Shown piece by piece: positions 1 to 10,952 of a stretch of 64,000 bases of DNA. Every line of letters starts with the position of its first letter. The stretch's first letter is position 1. Under the pieces are notes generated by a model. The model was not told where the DNA came from, searched no databases, and was given only the letters and a program-made list of their open reading frames with translations. The stretch lies in NCBI GenBank assembly GCA_041662625.1, contig JBAZSB010000001.1, forward strand, positions 535,189 to 599,188, in the 5' to 3' direction. This stretch comes from Patescibacteria group bacterium. GTDB lineage: Bacteria; Patescibacteriota; Patescibacteriia; Buchananbacterales; UBA6539. Both the position numbers and the translations under genes were made by a program.

Positions 1-546
1 AGCTCGTAAAGTATGTAAAGGTAAATTACCAGAAGATAAAGTTTCCGATCGTGCAATCTCTGCTCCGTTAAGTCGACCGGCAATGATTACTTTAACGCCT
101 TTGGCTTCGGTTTTTTCAACCCGACCAATCACTTGCTTCATTACTCGCCGATAAGGGACTCGCTTCTCTAAATCAGCAATTATTGATTGGGCCACTAATT
201 CAGCCGATAAATTGGGATTAGAAACTTCTTTAATATTAAGATTTAAACTAGTCTTCGGATCAAGAAATTGCTTAAGTATTTTCTTTTTTAATTCTTCAAC
301 CCCTTGGCCACCGCGACCAATAATGACACCAGGTTTAGCGGAATGAATAATTATCGTGGTAGTTGCCGGCGATCTTTCAATATCGATTTGAGCAACCGCT
401 GCATCTTTAAGGGCATGTTTTAAAAATTTCTTAATTAAAATATCTTGCCGCAAAAGTTTGGCATAATCCCGGCGGGAAAACCATTTGGAATTCCAGCTGT
501 AAAGTTCGCCGATGCGAAATATTTTTGGATGTACTTTTTGTCCCAT
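1..546 (-). CDS. rpsC: 30S ribosomal protein S3 (C-terminus runs off window start)
   Basis: Reverse-strand translation from the ATG at 546 gives MGQKVHPKIFRIGELYSWNSKWF...KGVKVIIAGRLNGAEIARSE, a canonical S3 N-terminal KH domain. It sits immediately downstream of rplV, as expected in the S10 operon. The ORF track omits it because no stop lies inside the window. Confidence 0.85.
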   Translation of the reverse strand, partial: MGQKVHPKIFRIGELYSWNSKWFSRRDYAKLLRQDILIKKFLKHALKDAAVAQIDIERSPATTTIIIHSAKPGVIIGRGGQGVEELKKKILKQFLDPKTSLNLNIKEVSNPNLSAELVAQSIIADLEKRVPYRRVMKQVIGRVEKTEAKGVKVIIAGRLNGAEIARSETLSSGNLPLHTLRA

Positions 547-563
547 AATTTTAGCTTCTTAAA

Positions 564-1196
564 TTAACCAGTCTTGCGCTGAAAAATTCCTCGGAAAAAA
601 CCTTTGTCAGTCTTTCCTTTTTCTTGCGGACCTTTACTAAGCGTCTTGGGTCTTTCTTTTTTCACTTCTTCTGGTTTTACAATCTTTACTTCTTCTGATT
701 TTTCTGGCTTTTTAGCTTCTTTCTGATTAACCGCTTTAAGTTTAGCCCCGGCCTTAACACCTAAAATTAACTCAATATGACTAGTTCTTTTTCGAATCGG
801 AGCAGAACGGCCATGGGCTCGCGGCCGCCAGCGTTTCAAAACCGGCCCACCATTAACGGTTATTGTCTTGATATACAAATCTTTTTTGTCTAATTGAAAA
901 TTGTTTTCCGCATTGGCCACAGCCGAATTGATTAATTTAGTCACTGGTCTAACCGCAGCCTTATTAACAAACTTTAAATAATCCAAAGCTTTGACTGCTT
1001 CCAGACCTTTTAGTTCATCAATGACTAATCTGACCTTTCTGGGTGCCACGTGAATAAATCGGGCTGAAGCCTTAACTTCCGTTACCACTTTTTTGTCCTT
1101 TTTATTCTTTGGCAGTTGCAGCTTGCTGTCTTTTTTCTCTTCGGGTTTAACCTTAGCCATTTTATTATCTAATTGTTTGTCTTTGGTTTCTTCCAT
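564..1196 (-). CDS. rplV: 50S ribosomal protein L22 with Lys-rich N/C extensions
   Basis: Core ARFIHVAPRKVRLVIDELKGL...RAHGRSAPIRKRTSHIELIL is L22. The position in the operon matches. The extensions are lysine-rich, as in CPR. Confidence 0.9.
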   Translation of the reverse strand: MEETKDKQLDNKMAKVKPEEKKDSKLQLPKNKKDKKVVTEVKASARFIHVAPRKVRLVIDELKGLEAVKALDYLKFVNKAAVRPVTKLINSAVANAENNFQLDKKDLYIKTITVNGGPVLKRWRPRAHGRSAPIRKRTSHIELILGVKAGAKLKAVNQKEAKKPEKSEEVKIVKPEEVKKERPKTLSKGPQEKGKTDKGFFRGIFQRKTG

Positions 1197-1210
1197 ATTT
1201 AACTTTTAAA

Positions 1211-1549
1211 TTATTTCTTTTCGGCTGAATCAGTTGCTTTCTTGCGCTCATCAGCAGCTTTAGTCGCTGCCGCCCGTTCTTGCTCTTTAGCCATTTTACC
1301 ACCATGAACAACAAATTTTCTCGTTGGCGAAAATTCACCTAAGCGATGGCCAACCATGTTTTCAACAATATTAACCACAATATGCTCTCGACCATTGTGG
1401 ACGCCAATAGTATAGCCAACCATTTCCGGCGTAATCATACAAGCCCGATCCCAGGTTTTAACTACTGTTTTATCACCTGGTTTGATATTTTTTAATTTCG
1501 CCAGTAATCTTTCATTAATGTACGGACCTTTTTTTAAACTTCTTGACAT
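1211..1549 (-). CDS. rpsS: 30S ribosomal protein S19
   Basis: MSRSLKKGPYINERLL...TIGVHNGREHIVVNIVENMVGHRLGEFSPTRKF is the S19 signature. Confidence 0.95.
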   Translation of the reverse strand: MSRSLKKGPYINERLLAKLKNIKPGDKTVVKTWDRACMITPEMVGYTIGVHNGREHIVVNIVENMVGHRLGEFSPTRKFVVHGGKMAKEQERAAATKAADERKKATDSAEKK

Positions 1550-1565
1550 AATATTTAAGTTTTAA

Positions 1566-2411
1566 TTATTTCTTTCTTTTACTACGCCGACGGTTAACAA
1601 TAAATTTATTAGAATATTTATTTTTCTTACGGGTTTTTACTCCTAAAGCTTTTTTACCCCAGGGAGTTTTTGGCGCTTTCATCCCAATCGGATTATGACC
1701 TTCACCACCGCCGTGAGGATGATCAACTGGATTCATAACTTTACCGCGAACCGTTGGCCTAATTCCCATGTGTCTTTTCCGACCAGCCTTACCAATCCTT
1801 AAATGCATGGCATCAGGGTTAGAAACTTGACCCAAAGTCGCTAAAGATTTTTTAGAAATCAATCGGATCTCCGAAGAAGGCATTTTAATTGTCGCATATT
1901 CACCTTCAACTGCCATTAGCTTAGCCACTGAACCAGCAGTCCGAACTAACTGGGCTCCCCGGCCAGGACTAATTTCAATATTGTAAATTAATGAACCTAA
2001 AGGCAAATGTTCTAAAGGCATTCGATTGCCTGGTTTAATCTCAGTGCGTTTAGTTGAAGAAATAACCTGATCCCCAACTTTTAAATCAACCGGGGCAATA
2101 ATATAACACTTATGGCCATCTTGATATTTTAATAAAGCGATTCTAGCTCTGCGGTTTGGGTCATATTCAATCGCTTCTACAGTGGAAGGCATATCATACT
2201 TATTCTGCTTATAATCAATTAAACGGTAAAATCTCTTAGCTCCCCCGCCCCGATGGCGGACAGTAATTTTGCCACTGGCATTCCGGCCACCAGTCTTACG
2301 TTTAATCATAACTAATTTCTTCTCGGGTCTTTTAAGAGTGATATCAGAAAAAGTATCAACCGATGTCTGTCGGCGACCAGGAGTAGTTGGTTTGTAAATT
2401 CTTATTGGCAT
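1566..2411 (-). CDS. rplB: 50S ribosomal protein L2
   Basis: 281 aa with [14 protein letters not shown]...[23 protein letters not shown], classic L2 motifs. Confidence 0.95.
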   Translation of the reverse strand: MPIRIYKPTTPGRRQTSVDTFSDITLKRPEKKLVMIKRKTGGRNASGKITVRHRGGGAKRFYRLIDYKQNKYDMPSTVEAIEYDPNRRARIALLKYQDGHKCYIIAPVDLKVGDQVISSTKRTEIKPGNRMPLEHLPLGSLIYNIEISPGRGAQLVRTAGSVAKLMAVEGEYATIKMPSSEIRLISKKSLATLGQVSNPDAMHLRIGKAGRKRHMGIRPTVRGKVMNPVDHPHGGGEGHNPIGMKAPKTPWGKKALGVKTRKKNKYSNKFIVNRRRSKRKK

Positions 2412-2444
2412 GTTAACTGTTAAATGTTAATGGCTAACTATTAT

Positions 2445-2927
2445 TTAGACTCCTTCATAAACTTCAATCTTATCGCCGGCTTTGAGGGTAACTATTGCTT
2501 TCTTCCAACTCTTTGTTTTACCTTGAATTCGGCCATAACGGACATTTTTTCCGGAAAGATTAGAAATATTAACTTTAATTGGTTCAACGTTATAAATCGT
2601 CCGAATTGCTTTTTTAACTTCAACTTTATTCATTTTTGGGTTGATGGCAAAAATATATTTATTTAAGGGTCCTAAATCACTGGCTTTTTCCGTAATCAAA
2701 GGTTTAACCAAAACTCGATAGGCCAAAGTTGTTTTGCCTTTGAGCTCACCGGTCTTAGGTTCTAGTTTTTTAGTTTCTTTCAATGCCGACACTTCTGCTT
2801 TAGCTTTTGGTTCAACAACTTTTTTCTCTTCTTTCTTAATCTTTTCGTCCTTAACGACCGCTCCACTTGAACTCGGTTTTTTGGTCTCTTCTTTATTTAC
2901 TTTTTTAAATTTATCAAAAATTCCCAT
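2445..2927 (-). CDS. rplW: 50S ribosomal protein L23 (Lys-rich N-terminal extension)
   Basis: C-terminal LAYRVLVKPLITEKAS...KAIVTLKAGDKIEVYEG is L23. Operon position matches. Confidence 0.85.
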   Translation of the reverse strand: MGIFDKFKKVNKEETKKPSSSGAVVKDEKIKKEEKKVVEPKAKAEVSALKETKKLEPKTGELKGKTTLAYRVLVKPLITEKASDLGPLNKYIFAINPKMNKVEVKKAIRTIYNVEPIKVNISNLSGKNVRYGRIQGKTKSWKKAIVTLKAGDKIEVYEGV

Positions 2928-2933
2928 ATTATT

Positions 2934-3686
2934 TTATCCTTTGGCGCCCAAGCGAGCCTGGCTAGCAGCGGAAACAAAAGTTTTTTCAATCTCGGCTAAG
3001 GAATCAAGGGGCATTAATAAATATTGCTGTTGCAAAACGGCTAAAACATTTAAACTATTTGCCTGGATGGTAACAAGCCGAGGAATATTGCGAGCTGCTC
3101 TTTGGACTTTTTCATCTTTTTTTGGCAAGACTAACAAAATACCTTTTTCTCTGGATTTCTTGGTCTTCTCTGATTTTTCTATCTTCTTGCTGGTAACCTT
3201 TTCTTCTTTTTTAACGGTTTTTTTGGCTTTAGCTTCTCTCAATTTCAAATTTTGTAAAATCTTAAAAAACTTCTTGGTTTTAGCTTCTTCTAATTCCAAT
3301 TTATCTAACAAAATTATTTTTTGATTATTAGCTTTATCGGATAAACTCATCAAAATCGCTTTACGCTTGGCCTTTTTATTAATTTTTAAGGAATAATTCT
3401 GATCCTTGGTTGGACCAAAGGTAATTCCCCCACCCCGCCATAAAGGTGAACGGATTGAACCATGACGAGCCCGCCCGGTTCCTTTCTGACGCCAAGGTTT
3501 GCGACCACCACCGCGGATTTCACCCCGGCCTTTGGTGTGAGCTAAGTTCTGTCTTTGATTGGCTTGCTGGCTAACAACGGCCTGCTGGATTAATTCTGGC
3601 TTAATTTCTAAACCAAAAACTTTTGGATTCAAATCCACTTCTTTGACTTTTTCTCCTGTTTGATTGTAAACCGTTGCTTTAGCCAT
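2934..3686 (-). CDS. rplD: 50S ribosomal protein L4 (C-terminal Lys-rich extension)
   Basis: MAKATVYNQTGEKVKEVDLNPKVFGLEIKPELIQQAVV...GTGRARHGSIRSPLWRGGGITFGP is the L4 signature. Confidence 0.9.
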   Translation of the reverse strand: MAKATVYNQTGEKVKEVDLNPKVFGLEIKPELIQQAVVSQQANQRQNLAHTKGRGEIRGGGRKPWRQKGTGRARHGSIRSPLWRGGGITFGPTKDQNYSLKINKKAKRKAILMSLSDKANNQKIILLDKLELEEAKTKKFFKILQNLKLREAKAKKTVKKEEKVTSKKIEKSEKTKKSREKGILLVLPKKDEKVQRAARNIPRLVTIQANSLNVLAVLQQQYLLMPLDSLAEIEKTFVSAASQARLGAKG

Positions 3687-3688
3687 AA

Positions 3689-4429
3689 TTATTTCGTATT
3701 TTTGTCAGTAGCTTCTTGGGCAACTTCATTTTTAATTTCTGCTTTTACTTCTTTTTCCTCGGTCTTTTCTCCATCCGTCTCTGATTTTTTTTCTTCGACC
3801 TCAAGAATCAAATCACCAGTTCCGGAAATTAAAAGTAAATTACTTATTGGACCAGGTACGGCGCCACGGATAAAAATTTCATTCTTTTCCGGGTCAACTT
3901 CAACAATTTCCAAATTTGTTACCGTGACTTGGCCGCCACCCATCCGGCCGCCCATTCGCATCCCTTTAAAAACGTGCTGCACACCGCCGGCGCCAATTGA
4001 ACCAGAGTGCCGTAACTGATCTTTATGACCATGAGTCGCCGGACTGCCATGAAAACCGTGTCGCTTTACTACCCCCTGGAAACCGCGACCCTTACTGGTT
4101 CCTGTCACTTTGACTAAATCGCCAGCTTGGAAAATTTTTGCGGTAATTTTATCACCCAGGGTTAATTTTTTTACTTCTGGGTCAGCAATTCTAAACTCTT
4201 TTAAAAAACGAAAGTTCCCTAAATTTTTCAAATGGCCGGAAATTGGCTTGTTTAAATTCCTTTTTGAGCCAAAACCAATCTGAACTGCTGTGTAGCCGTC
4301 TTTCTTGTCGGTTTTTACCTGGGTCACAACACAAGGTCCAGCCACTACTTTGGTAACTGGAATTACTGTTCCATCTTCAGTGAACTTCTGGGTCATTTCT
4401 TTTTTTTCTGCAAGTATGAATTTGGCCAT
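3689..4429 (-). CDS. rplC: 50S ribosomal protein L3
   Basis: TGTSKGRGFQGVVKRHGFHGSPATHGHKDQLRHSGSIGAGGVQHVFKGMRMGGRMG is the L3 signature. Confidence 0.95.
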   Translation of the reverse strand: MAKFILAEKKEMTQKFTEDGTVIPVTKVVAGPCVVTQVKTDKKDGYTAVQIGFGSKRNLNKPISGHLKNLGNFRFLKEFRIADPEVKKLTLGDKITAKIFQAGDLVKVTGTSKGRGFQGVVKRHGFHGSPATHGHKDQLRHSGSIGAGGVQHVFKGMRMGGRMGGGQVTVTNLEIVEVDPEKNEIFIRGAVPGPISNLLLISGTGDLILEVEEKKSETDGEKTEEKEVKAEIKNEVAQEATDKNTK

Positions 4430-4712
4430 ATTGATTAATTAATATCATTCTAAATTTGGGGGTAAATAAAAATCTGCCTCAAAAAGCCAGATTAAATCTG
4501 CTGGCAAGTTGTTTGGCTTTTATTTTTTAGAATTGTTAATCTCCTTAAATAATGCCTTGAAATTATAGAGGTTTTTCCCAAGTCTTGATTAAAGGGAAAC
4601 TTTCTCTATATTTTCAAAGATTAATTGCTAACTTATAGCTTACAGCTTTTAGCTGCTAGTTTATAGCTTCTCCAAAAGTTCTACAAGCTACAAGCTATCA
4701 GCTAAAAGCTAA
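4430..4712. repeat. Unusually long rpsJ-rplC spacer, rich in AGCT-containing short repeats (AGCTNNAGCT...)
   Basis: 283 bp of non-coding sequence inside the S10 operon. Contains agctacaagctatcagctaaaagct and tagcttacagcttttagctgctagtttatagctt, plus a hairpin GCCAGCAGATTTAATCTGGC followed by a U-run on the minus strand. Confidence 0.4.
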
Positions 4713-5081
4713 TTACACCATTTTTATTTCGACATCAACTCCGGCGGGTAAATTAAGATTCTGCAATGAATCAACCGTCTTAGGAGAGGGATCTAAAATA
4801 TCTAATAACCGCTTGTGGATCCGCATCTCATACTGTTCCCGGGAATCTTTATGGACAAAAGAAGATCGTAAAACCGTATATTTTTTCTTCTCCGTTGGTA
4901 AAGGAACCGGGCCCAAAATTCTAGCACCCGTTCTTTCAACCGTGTCCATAATCGTTTTAGTCGACTGATCAATAATTTTATGATCGTAGGCTCTGATTTT
5001 AATTCTGATTTTTTGTTTACTCTCCTCAGCTTCTTCATCTTGTTGGCGAGAAGAAACCGGAATTTTCTTGATTGCTACCAT
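4713..5081 (-). CDS. rpsJ: 30S ribosomal protein S10 (true start may be internal)
   Basis: [71 protein letters not shown] is S10. Confidence 0.9.
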   Translation of the reverse strand: MVAIKKIPVSSRQQDEEAEESKQKIRIKIRAYDHKIIDQSTKTIMDTVERTGARILGPVPLPTEKKKYTVLRSSFVHKDSREQYEMRIHKRLLDILDPSPKTVDSLQNLNLPAGVDVEIKMV

Positions 5082-5142
5082 GTTATTAGAAAGAACTTAT
5101 TTAATGGTGGTGACGGGCTCTGCCCGTCACCACCGCTTTTTA

Positions 5143-6333
5143 TTATTTAATAATCTTAGTTACTGAACCAGCACCAATAGTTCGACCACCTTCACGAATA
5201 GCAAACCGTTGTTTTTCTTCCAAGGCAACCGGTTTGATTAATTTAATCTTGATATCGACAGTATCACCAGGCATAACCATTTCTGCGCCTTCAGGGAGCT
5301 CAACTTCACCGGTGACATCAGCCGTACCAATATAAAACTGCGGCTTATAGCCTTTAAAGAATGGGCTATGGCGGCCACCTTCTTCTTTGGTTAAGATGTA
5401 GGTTTTGCCGGCAAATTCAGTGTGAGGAGTAATCGTCCCGGGTTTAGCCAATACTTGGCCTCGTTCAACTTCATCCTTTTTGGTTCCCCGCAGTAATATC
5501 CCGGCATTATCCCCGGCTCGGCCTTCATCCAAAGACTTATTGAACATTTCAATACCGGTCACAACGGTCTTTTGCGTGGGGCGCAAACCGACGAGCTCAA
5601 TTTCTTCATTCAATTTAACGATTCCTCGTTCAATTCTGCCAGTGACTACCGTACCTCGGCCTTCAATGGAAAAGATATCTTCAATTTCCATCAAGAATGG
5701 CTTATCAATATCGCGAACTGGTTCGGGAATATAGGCATCAACGGCTTTAATTAATTCTTCTATACATTTAGTGGCTTCCGGATCAGTTGGATTTTCCAAA
5801 GCTTTTAAAGCTGAACCACGAATGACCGGAATCTCATCACCAGGAAATTCATATTTCTTAAGTAAGTCTCTAACTTCTTCTTCAACCAAATCAATTAATT
5901 CTGGATCTTTAACTTGATCAACTTTATTAAGAAAAACCACCATGGCGGGTACACCGACCTGGCGGGCTAATAGAATATGTTCACGAGTTTGCGGCATTGG
6001 GCCATCGGTTGCAGCAACAACCAAAATAGCACCATCCATCTGAGCTGCCCCGGTAACCATATTTTTGACGTAATCGGCATGACCGGGACAATCGATATGG
6101 GCATAGTGTCTTTTTTCACTTTCATACTCAACATGAGCCGTGGCAATAGTAATACCACGTTCTTTTTCTTCAGGGGCATTATCAATCTGGTCAACCGTCT
6201 TTTGTTGAGATTTGAAACCCTTGTGGTGTAAATACTGTAAAATCGCTGCGGTTAATGTAGTTTTACCATGGTCAACATGACCAATTGTTCCTACATTAAG
6301 ATGCGGCTTAGTTCGTTCAAATTTTTCAGCCAT
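5143..6333 (-). CDS. tuf: Elongation factor Tu
   Basis: 396 aa with [40 protein letters not shown] and NKVDQV, canonical EF-Tu. Promoter-like TTGACA-16nt-TATATA lies upstream on the minus strand (~6440-6480). Confidence 0.97.
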   Translation of the reverse strand: MAEKFERTKPHLNVGTIGHVDHGKTTLTAAILQYLHHKGFKSQQKTVDQIDNAPEEKERGITIATAHVEYESEKRHYAHIDCPGHADYVKNMVTGAAQMDGAILVVAATDGPMPQTREHILLARQVGVPAMVVFLNKVDQVKDPELIDLVEEEVRDLLKKYEFPGDEIPVIRGSALKALENPTDPEATKCIEELIKAVDAYIPEPVRDIDKPFLMEIEDIFSIEGRGTVVTGRIERGIVKLNEEIELVGLRPTQKTVVTGIEMFNKSLDEGRAGDNAGILLRGTKKDEVERGQVLAKPGTITPHTEFAGKTYILTKEEGGRHSPFFKGYKPQFYIGTADVTGEVELPEGAEMVMPGDTVDIKIKLIKPVALEEKQRFAIREGGRTIGAGSVTKIIK

Positions 6334-6481
6334 AATTGTCCTTCTTTTGCGATCTTTTGTGAGCCAGCCCTTGTTGAAGGATAGTCAAGGCGGATCGCGA
6401 TTAATGTTTTATTTATTAATTAAAAATATTAAATTACAAAGCACTTCTGAGTATATAACAAATTCTCGACATTTGTCAACA

Positions 6482-6865
6482 TTAGTCAATGGGTTCAAAA
6501 TAGTAATTCTGCTCTTCTTCACCCTCTTCCGGCTGATTTTTAGCTCGATTGAGCAAATTTTTATCAAAGTTTAAAGGTGAATTACTGCTAGGATTTTTGT
6601 CTTCTTTAACTTTACTTTTAATCGTCGGCCAATTATCCAAATTTTCTGCCTCCTGATTAATTTTCCAAATCGCAATATCACGATTAATTTTTTCTAGCAG
6701 CTCATCCTCACTTAAACCGACCAATTCTGACTTACCCAAAACCAAATTTTGATAATTTTTAAAAGTGACAATAACATGAGAGGGCTCTCCACTTTCATCC
6801 AAAACAATACAGTTATCTCCTGTCCGATTTATCAAATCGATAATTTTTTTGAAATTTTGAGGCAT
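6482..6865 (-). CDS. Hypothetical protein (127 aa, acidic C-terminus) inserted between fusA and tuf
   Basis: Clean ORF. No recognisable motif. Confidence 0.5.
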   Translation of the reverse strand: MPQNFKKIIDLINRTGDNCIVLDESGEPSHVIVTFKNYQNLVLGKSELVGLSEDELLEKINRDIAIWKINQEAENLDNWPTIKSKVKEDKNPSSNSPLNFDKNLLNRAKNQPEEGEEEQNYYFEPID

Positions 6866-6886
6866 AAGTTTTACCTTGCAACTTTA

Positions 6887-6980
6887 CCCCGACACCAAAA
6901 CTTATTTGTTTATTTTAAAATTTGGTTCAGTGCTACCAGGAGTCAGGGAAAAACTCTACTACCATTTTTTGGTGTTGGGG
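6887..6980. repeat. MITE-like long hairpin element E1 (14-bp clamp CCCCGACACCAAAA / TTTTGGTGTTGGGG)
   Basis: Perfect or near-perfect 14-bp inverted termini enclose ~66 nt. The loop shares gtttattttaa..cagtg with element E2 at 11709-11819. Confidence 0.5.
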
Positions 6981-7009
6981 TGAACCCTCCTGATATTTCA
7001 TGATTTCAC

Positions 7010-9154
7010 CTAGCGTCTTGATCGGCCTTCGCGTCCGCTTTTTATTTCTTCGGTGACATTAGTTGGTACCTCAGCATAATGATCAAATTCCATATTATAA
7101 GAAGCCCGACCCTGAGTCATTGATCGTAGCTCAGTCGCATAGCCAAACATTTCTGCCAAGGGGGCGGTTGCATCAAGTACTTTCGATTGACCCCGATCAC
7201 GCATTTCTTCAATTTGTCCCCGTTTAGAATTTATATTACCAATTACATCACCCATAAATTTTTCCGGCGTAATAATTTCAATTTTCATGATTGGCTCCAA
7301 AAGAATCGGATTAGCTCTTCTGACCGCCTCTTGCAAAGCAATTGAACCGGCAATCTTAAAAGCCGCTTCCGAAGAGTCAACTTCATGAAACGAACCATCA
7401 TAAACTGTGACTTGTAAATCAATCAAGGGATAACCGGCAATCACCCCTTTATCCGTTGCTTCCTTGACCCCCTTTTGAATTGCCGGAATATATTCCCGAG
7501 GAATTAGACCGCCTTTAATTTCATCAATAAATTCAAAGCCTTCACCTCTGCCTTTTGGTTCAATCCGCAGCCAACAATGACCATACTGACCACGACCACC
7601 GGATTGGCGAATATATTTACCTTCAGCTTCGGCTGACGCCTTAATGGTTTCTTTATAGGCAACTTGGGGTTTACCGATATTGGCTTCAACTTTAAATTCA
7701 CGTTTCATCCTGTCAACAATAACGTCCAAATGAAGCTCGCCCATTCCAGAAATAATTGTCTGCATTGTTTCTTCATCACCCCGAATCCGAAAAGTTGGAT
7801 CTTCTTCTGCTAGTTTTGATAAAGCAATACCCATTTTTTCTTGATCAGCTTTAGTCTTTGGTTCAATGGCAACAGAAATTACCGGTTCGGGGAAAGTAAT
7901 CGATTCTAAAACAATCGGCTTGGATTCATCACACAAAGTATGACCAGTAAAAGTATCCTTTAAGCCAACAGCAGCAGCAATATCACCGGCATAAACCTCT
8001 TTGATTTCTTCACGATGATTAGCATGCATCTGCACAATCCGACCAATTCTTTCCTTTTTGCCCGTTGAAGAATTTAAAACATAAGAACCAGCCTGAAGGG
8101 TACCCGAATAAACTCGGAAAAAACAAAGTTTACCAACAAAGGGATCAGCGGCAATCTTAAAGGCGAGCGCCGTAAACGGTTCACTGTCATCGGCTTTTCT
8201 GATTTCTTCGACGTCAGGTTTTTTCGGATTAAAACCTTTAACTGGCGGAATATCCAAAGGATTTGGTAAATAATCGCAAACCGCATCCAAAAGTAACTGA
8301 ACACCTTTATTCTTTAAAGCTGAGCCCACCAAAATCGGCATAATCTCATTATTGATTACCAGATGCCGCAAGACGCGCTTAAAGGCGTCAATATCAATCG
8401 GTTTACCATCTAAATATTTATTCATTAATTCTTCATCATGTTGAGCAATTGCCTCAATTAATTCATTCCGATGAAACTCAACTTTTTCTTTCATATCCGC
8501 AGGAATTTCCGTTTTTTCAACTTCCTTTCCTAAATCATCTCTATAAAAAAAAGCTTCTTGAGTTAATAAGTCAATAACGCCTTTAAAATTATCTTCAGCA
8601 CCAATGGGTAACTGGATGGGATAAGCATGTTTGGCTAAACGCTCTCTGATGCTTTCTAAATCAGCATAAAAATTTGCACCGGTCCGATCCATTTTATTAA
8701 CAAAACCCATCAAAGGCACCTTAAACTTTTCCGCCTGATGATAAACAGTTTCCGATTGCGGTTCCACGCCAGCGACGCCATCAAATACGACGACGCCACC
8801 ATCCAAAACCCGCAATGACCGCTGGACTTCAGCCGTAAAATCGATGTGGCCTGGAGTATCAATAATATTAATTCGACACTGTTTTTTTTCTTCGCCGCGC
8901 GGTGCCCAAAAACAAGTTGTGGCAGCGGAAGTAATCGTAATCCCCCGCTCCTGCTCCTGCTCCATCCAATCCATTTCAGCTTCACCCTCATGGACTTCGC
9001 CAATCTTATGTTTTTTCCCGGTGTAAAACAAAATACGCTCGGTTACTGTAGTTTTGCCGGCGTCGATATGGGCAATAATGCCAATATTTCTAGTTTTTTC
9101 TAAAGTATAGGCTCTGGGCATAATATAAAATTCGAATTTTGAATTTTGATTCAA
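7010..9154 (-). CDS. fusA: Elongation factor G
   Basis: 714 aa with [15 protein letters not shown] and [21 protein letters not shown]. Confidence 0.97.
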   Translation of the reverse strand: MNQNSKFEFYIMPRAYTLEKTRNIGIIAHIDAGKTTVTERILFYTGKKHKIGEVHEGEAEMDWMEQEQERGITITSAATTCFWAPRGEEKKQCRINIIDTPGHIDFTAEVQRSLRVLDGGVVVFDGVAGVEPQSETVYHQAEKFKVPLMGFVNKMDRTGANFYADLESIRERLAKHAYPIQLPIGAEDNFKGVIDLLTQEAFFYRDDLGKEVEKTEIPADMKEKVEFHRNELIEAIAQHDEELMNKYLDGKPIDIDAFKRVLRHLVINNEIMPILVGSALKNKGVQLLLDAVCDYLPNPLDIPPVKGFNPKKPDVEEIRKADDSEPFTALAFKIAADPFVGKLCFFRVYSGTLQAGSYVLNSSTGKKERIGRIVQMHANHREEIKEVYAGDIAAAVGLKDTFTGHTLCDESKPIVLESITFPEPVISVAIEPKTKADQEKMGIALSKLAEEDPTFRIRGDEETMQTIISGMGELHLDVIVDRMKREFKVEANIGKPQVAYKETIKASAEAEGKYIRQSGGRGQYGHCWLRIEPKGRGEGFEFIDEIKGGLIPREYIPAIQKGVKEATDKGVIAGYPLIDLQVTVYDGSFHEVDSSEAAFKIAGSIALQEAVRRANPILLEPIMKIEIITPEKFMGDVIGNINSKRGQIEEMRDRGQSKVLDATAPLAEMFGYATELRSMTQGRASYNMEFDHYAEVPTNVTEEIKSGREGRSRR

Positions 9155-9200
9155 TATTCTAATATTAGAATATTTAAAATTGATTCAAAATTAAAAATTA
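9121..9200. repeat. AT-rich intergenic repeat (copy 1), related to 47590-47700
   Basis: Both copies share aattttgaatttt, aatattctaatatt and aaaattaaaaattaaaaatt. Confidence 0.5.
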
Positions 9201-9211
9201 AAAATTCAACT

Positions 9212-9676
9212 TTATCGGGCGAAATGAGCAAAAGCTCGGTTGGCTTCAGCCATTCTATAAGTATCTTGGCGTTTTTTAATAGCTGCACCTTCTTTATTAT
9301 AAGCCGCCATTAATTCATCGGCTAACTTCTGACTCATTGGCGCTCCTTTGCGCGCTGAAGCTGCATTAATTATCCAACGAAAAGCCAAAGCTAATCTTCT
9401 TTCTCCGATTACGGCAACAGGAATTTGGTAATTACCACCACCGATTCGCTTAGATTTAACCTCAACTTCCGGACCAACATTCTTTATCGCACCATCAAAA
9501 ATCTCAAGTGGATCCTTTTTAGTTTTTTCTTTAATAATGGCAAAACAATCATAGACTACTTTTTGAGCAGTTGCTTTTTTGCCCCGGCGCATAATGTGAT
9601 TAATGAATCGAGAAATAGTAACACTTTTATATCTTGCGTCTGGTCTAATTATTCGTTTTGGAGTTGTTCCACGCAT
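9212..9676 (-). CDS. rpsG: 30S ribosomal protein S7
   Basis: MRGTTPKRIIRPDARYKS...GGGNYQIPVAVIGERRLALAFRWI is S7. Confidence 0.95.
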   Translation of the reverse strand: MRGTTPKRIIRPDARYKSVTISRFINHIMRRGKKATAQKVVYDCFAIIKEKTKKDPLEIFDGAIKNVGPEVEVKSKRIGGGNYQIPVAVIGERRLALAFRWIINAASARKGAPMSQKLADELMAAYNKEGAAIKKRQDTYRMAEANRAFAHFAR

Positions 9677-9694
9677 AAATTATAAATTTTTAAC

Positions 9695-10111
9695 TTAGGT
9701 ACTTCTTTTTGCCCCATATAAACTTCGACCTTGCCGGCGAGCTTCAACACCAGTTGTATCATAGACACCGCGAACAATATGATATCTTACCCCTGGCAAA
9801 TCCTTAACTCGACCGCCGCGAATCAAAACTATAGAGTGTTCTTGTAAATTATGACCTTCACCGGGAATGTAAGCAGTTACTTCCATACCATTAGAAAGCC
9901 GGACCCGGGCAATTTTTCTTAAAGCGGAATTTGGTTTTTTTGGAGTAGTTGTAGTAACTTTTACGCAGACGCCGCGCTTGAAACCAGCCCCTTTTGGATT
10001 TTCTTTCTTTTTCCGCCTTAAAGTGTTAGCGACTAGACGCAAAGCCGGCGTCTTAGCCTTTTTAGGTTTTGACTGCCGTTTTCTTTTAACTAATTGATTA
10101 ATTGTTGGCAT
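9695..10111 (-). CDS. rpsL: 30S ribosomal protein S12
   Basis: [13 protein letters not shown]...[59 protein letters not shown] is S12. Confidence 0.95.
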   Translation of the reverse strand: MPTINQLVKRKRQSKPKKAKTPALRLVANTLRRKKKENPKGAGFKRGVCVKVTTTTPKKPNSALRKIARVRLSNGMEVTAYIPGEGHNLQEHSIVLIRGGRVKDLPGVRYHIVRGVYDTTGVEARRQGRSLYGAKRST

Positions 10112-10217
10112 AATACTTATTTTCCTCTGATTTCTTGAAAATAAACCTGCCTTAAAGGCAGTGATTTAATACAAAACTATACTAACTAATAATTCCTGAT
10201 AAGTCAAGGCTTTAATT

Positions 10218-10868
10218 CTATAAACCAAAAAGTCGTACAAATAAGCCAAAAATAAAGTTGAGAATATCACTGATAAAGGGCATGAATAAAAACAAAAGTA
10301 AAATGGAAATAACTAGACCATACTGAGCTAAAAATACAGGGTTGAGTAAAGGAGTTTTGGTTAAAAAACTGGCAATGGGCCGGAAAGTGGTCAAAAAATT
10401 GAATCCATCAAAGCCCGGCAAAGGTAAAAAATTAAAAACGGCTAAAACTATATTAATTTGTAAAACAGCGGAAAAAAACACTACCCCCAAATTATTAAAA
10501 GTAAAGCCCAAATATTGGGTGGTTACTTTCAAAACTATTGCTGCGAGTACCGCTAAAATAAGGTTAGTTAAAATCCCAGCCATAGCAACCCAACGGTAAG
10601 AAACCGCACCTCCCCTCAGGCGAAAAGGGTTAATTGGCACGGGTTTGGCCCAGCCAAAAAGAAAGCCGGATTGCGAAAATAACAAAAGCAAAGGCACAAC
10701 GATTGAACCAATCGGATCAATGTGAACCAAAGGATTCAAAGACAGCCGGCCCGACATCCGGGCTGTATCATCACCAAAATGATTGGCGACAAATCCATGA
10801 GCCACCTCATGAAAAATTACCGCCAGTAAGAAAGCAACGACGTAAATGATAAAAGATAAAGTTTCCAT
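10218..10868 (-). CDS. Peptidase M50 / site-2-protease-family membrane zinc metalloprotease
   Basis: Multi-TM protein with HEVAHGFVANHFGDD (HExxH). This is an assignment by motif only. Confidence 0.65.
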   Translation of the reverse strand: METLSFIIYVVAFLLAVIFHEVAHGFVANHFGDDTARMSGRLSLNPLVHIDPIGSIVVPLLLLFSQSGFLFGWAKPVPINPFRLRGGAVSYRWVAMAGILTNLILAVLAAIVLKVTTQYLGFTFNNLGVVFFSAVLQINIVLAVFNFLPLPGFDGFNFLTTFRPIASFLTKTPLLNPVFLAQYGLVISILLLFLFMPFISDILNFIFGLFVRLFGL

Positions 10869-10952
10869 AATATCTCCATTGTAGCATAAAGCCTTGATTT
10901 TTTAAACCCAATCTGCTATAGTTATTTTAAATCTTAATTTTAATTTTTTCTT

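Noticed and set aside
2424-3324. Plus-strand ORFs (80 and 196 aa) antisense to rplW and rplD, and similar antisense ORFs within tuf, fusA, the giant proteins and others
   Set aside because: They lie entirely inside well-supported ribosomal or elongation-factor genes on the other strand. Their translations are low-complexity with no motifs.
4802-5038. 78-aa ORF in another frame inside rpsJ
   Set aside because: It is an alternative-frame artefact within the S10 gene.
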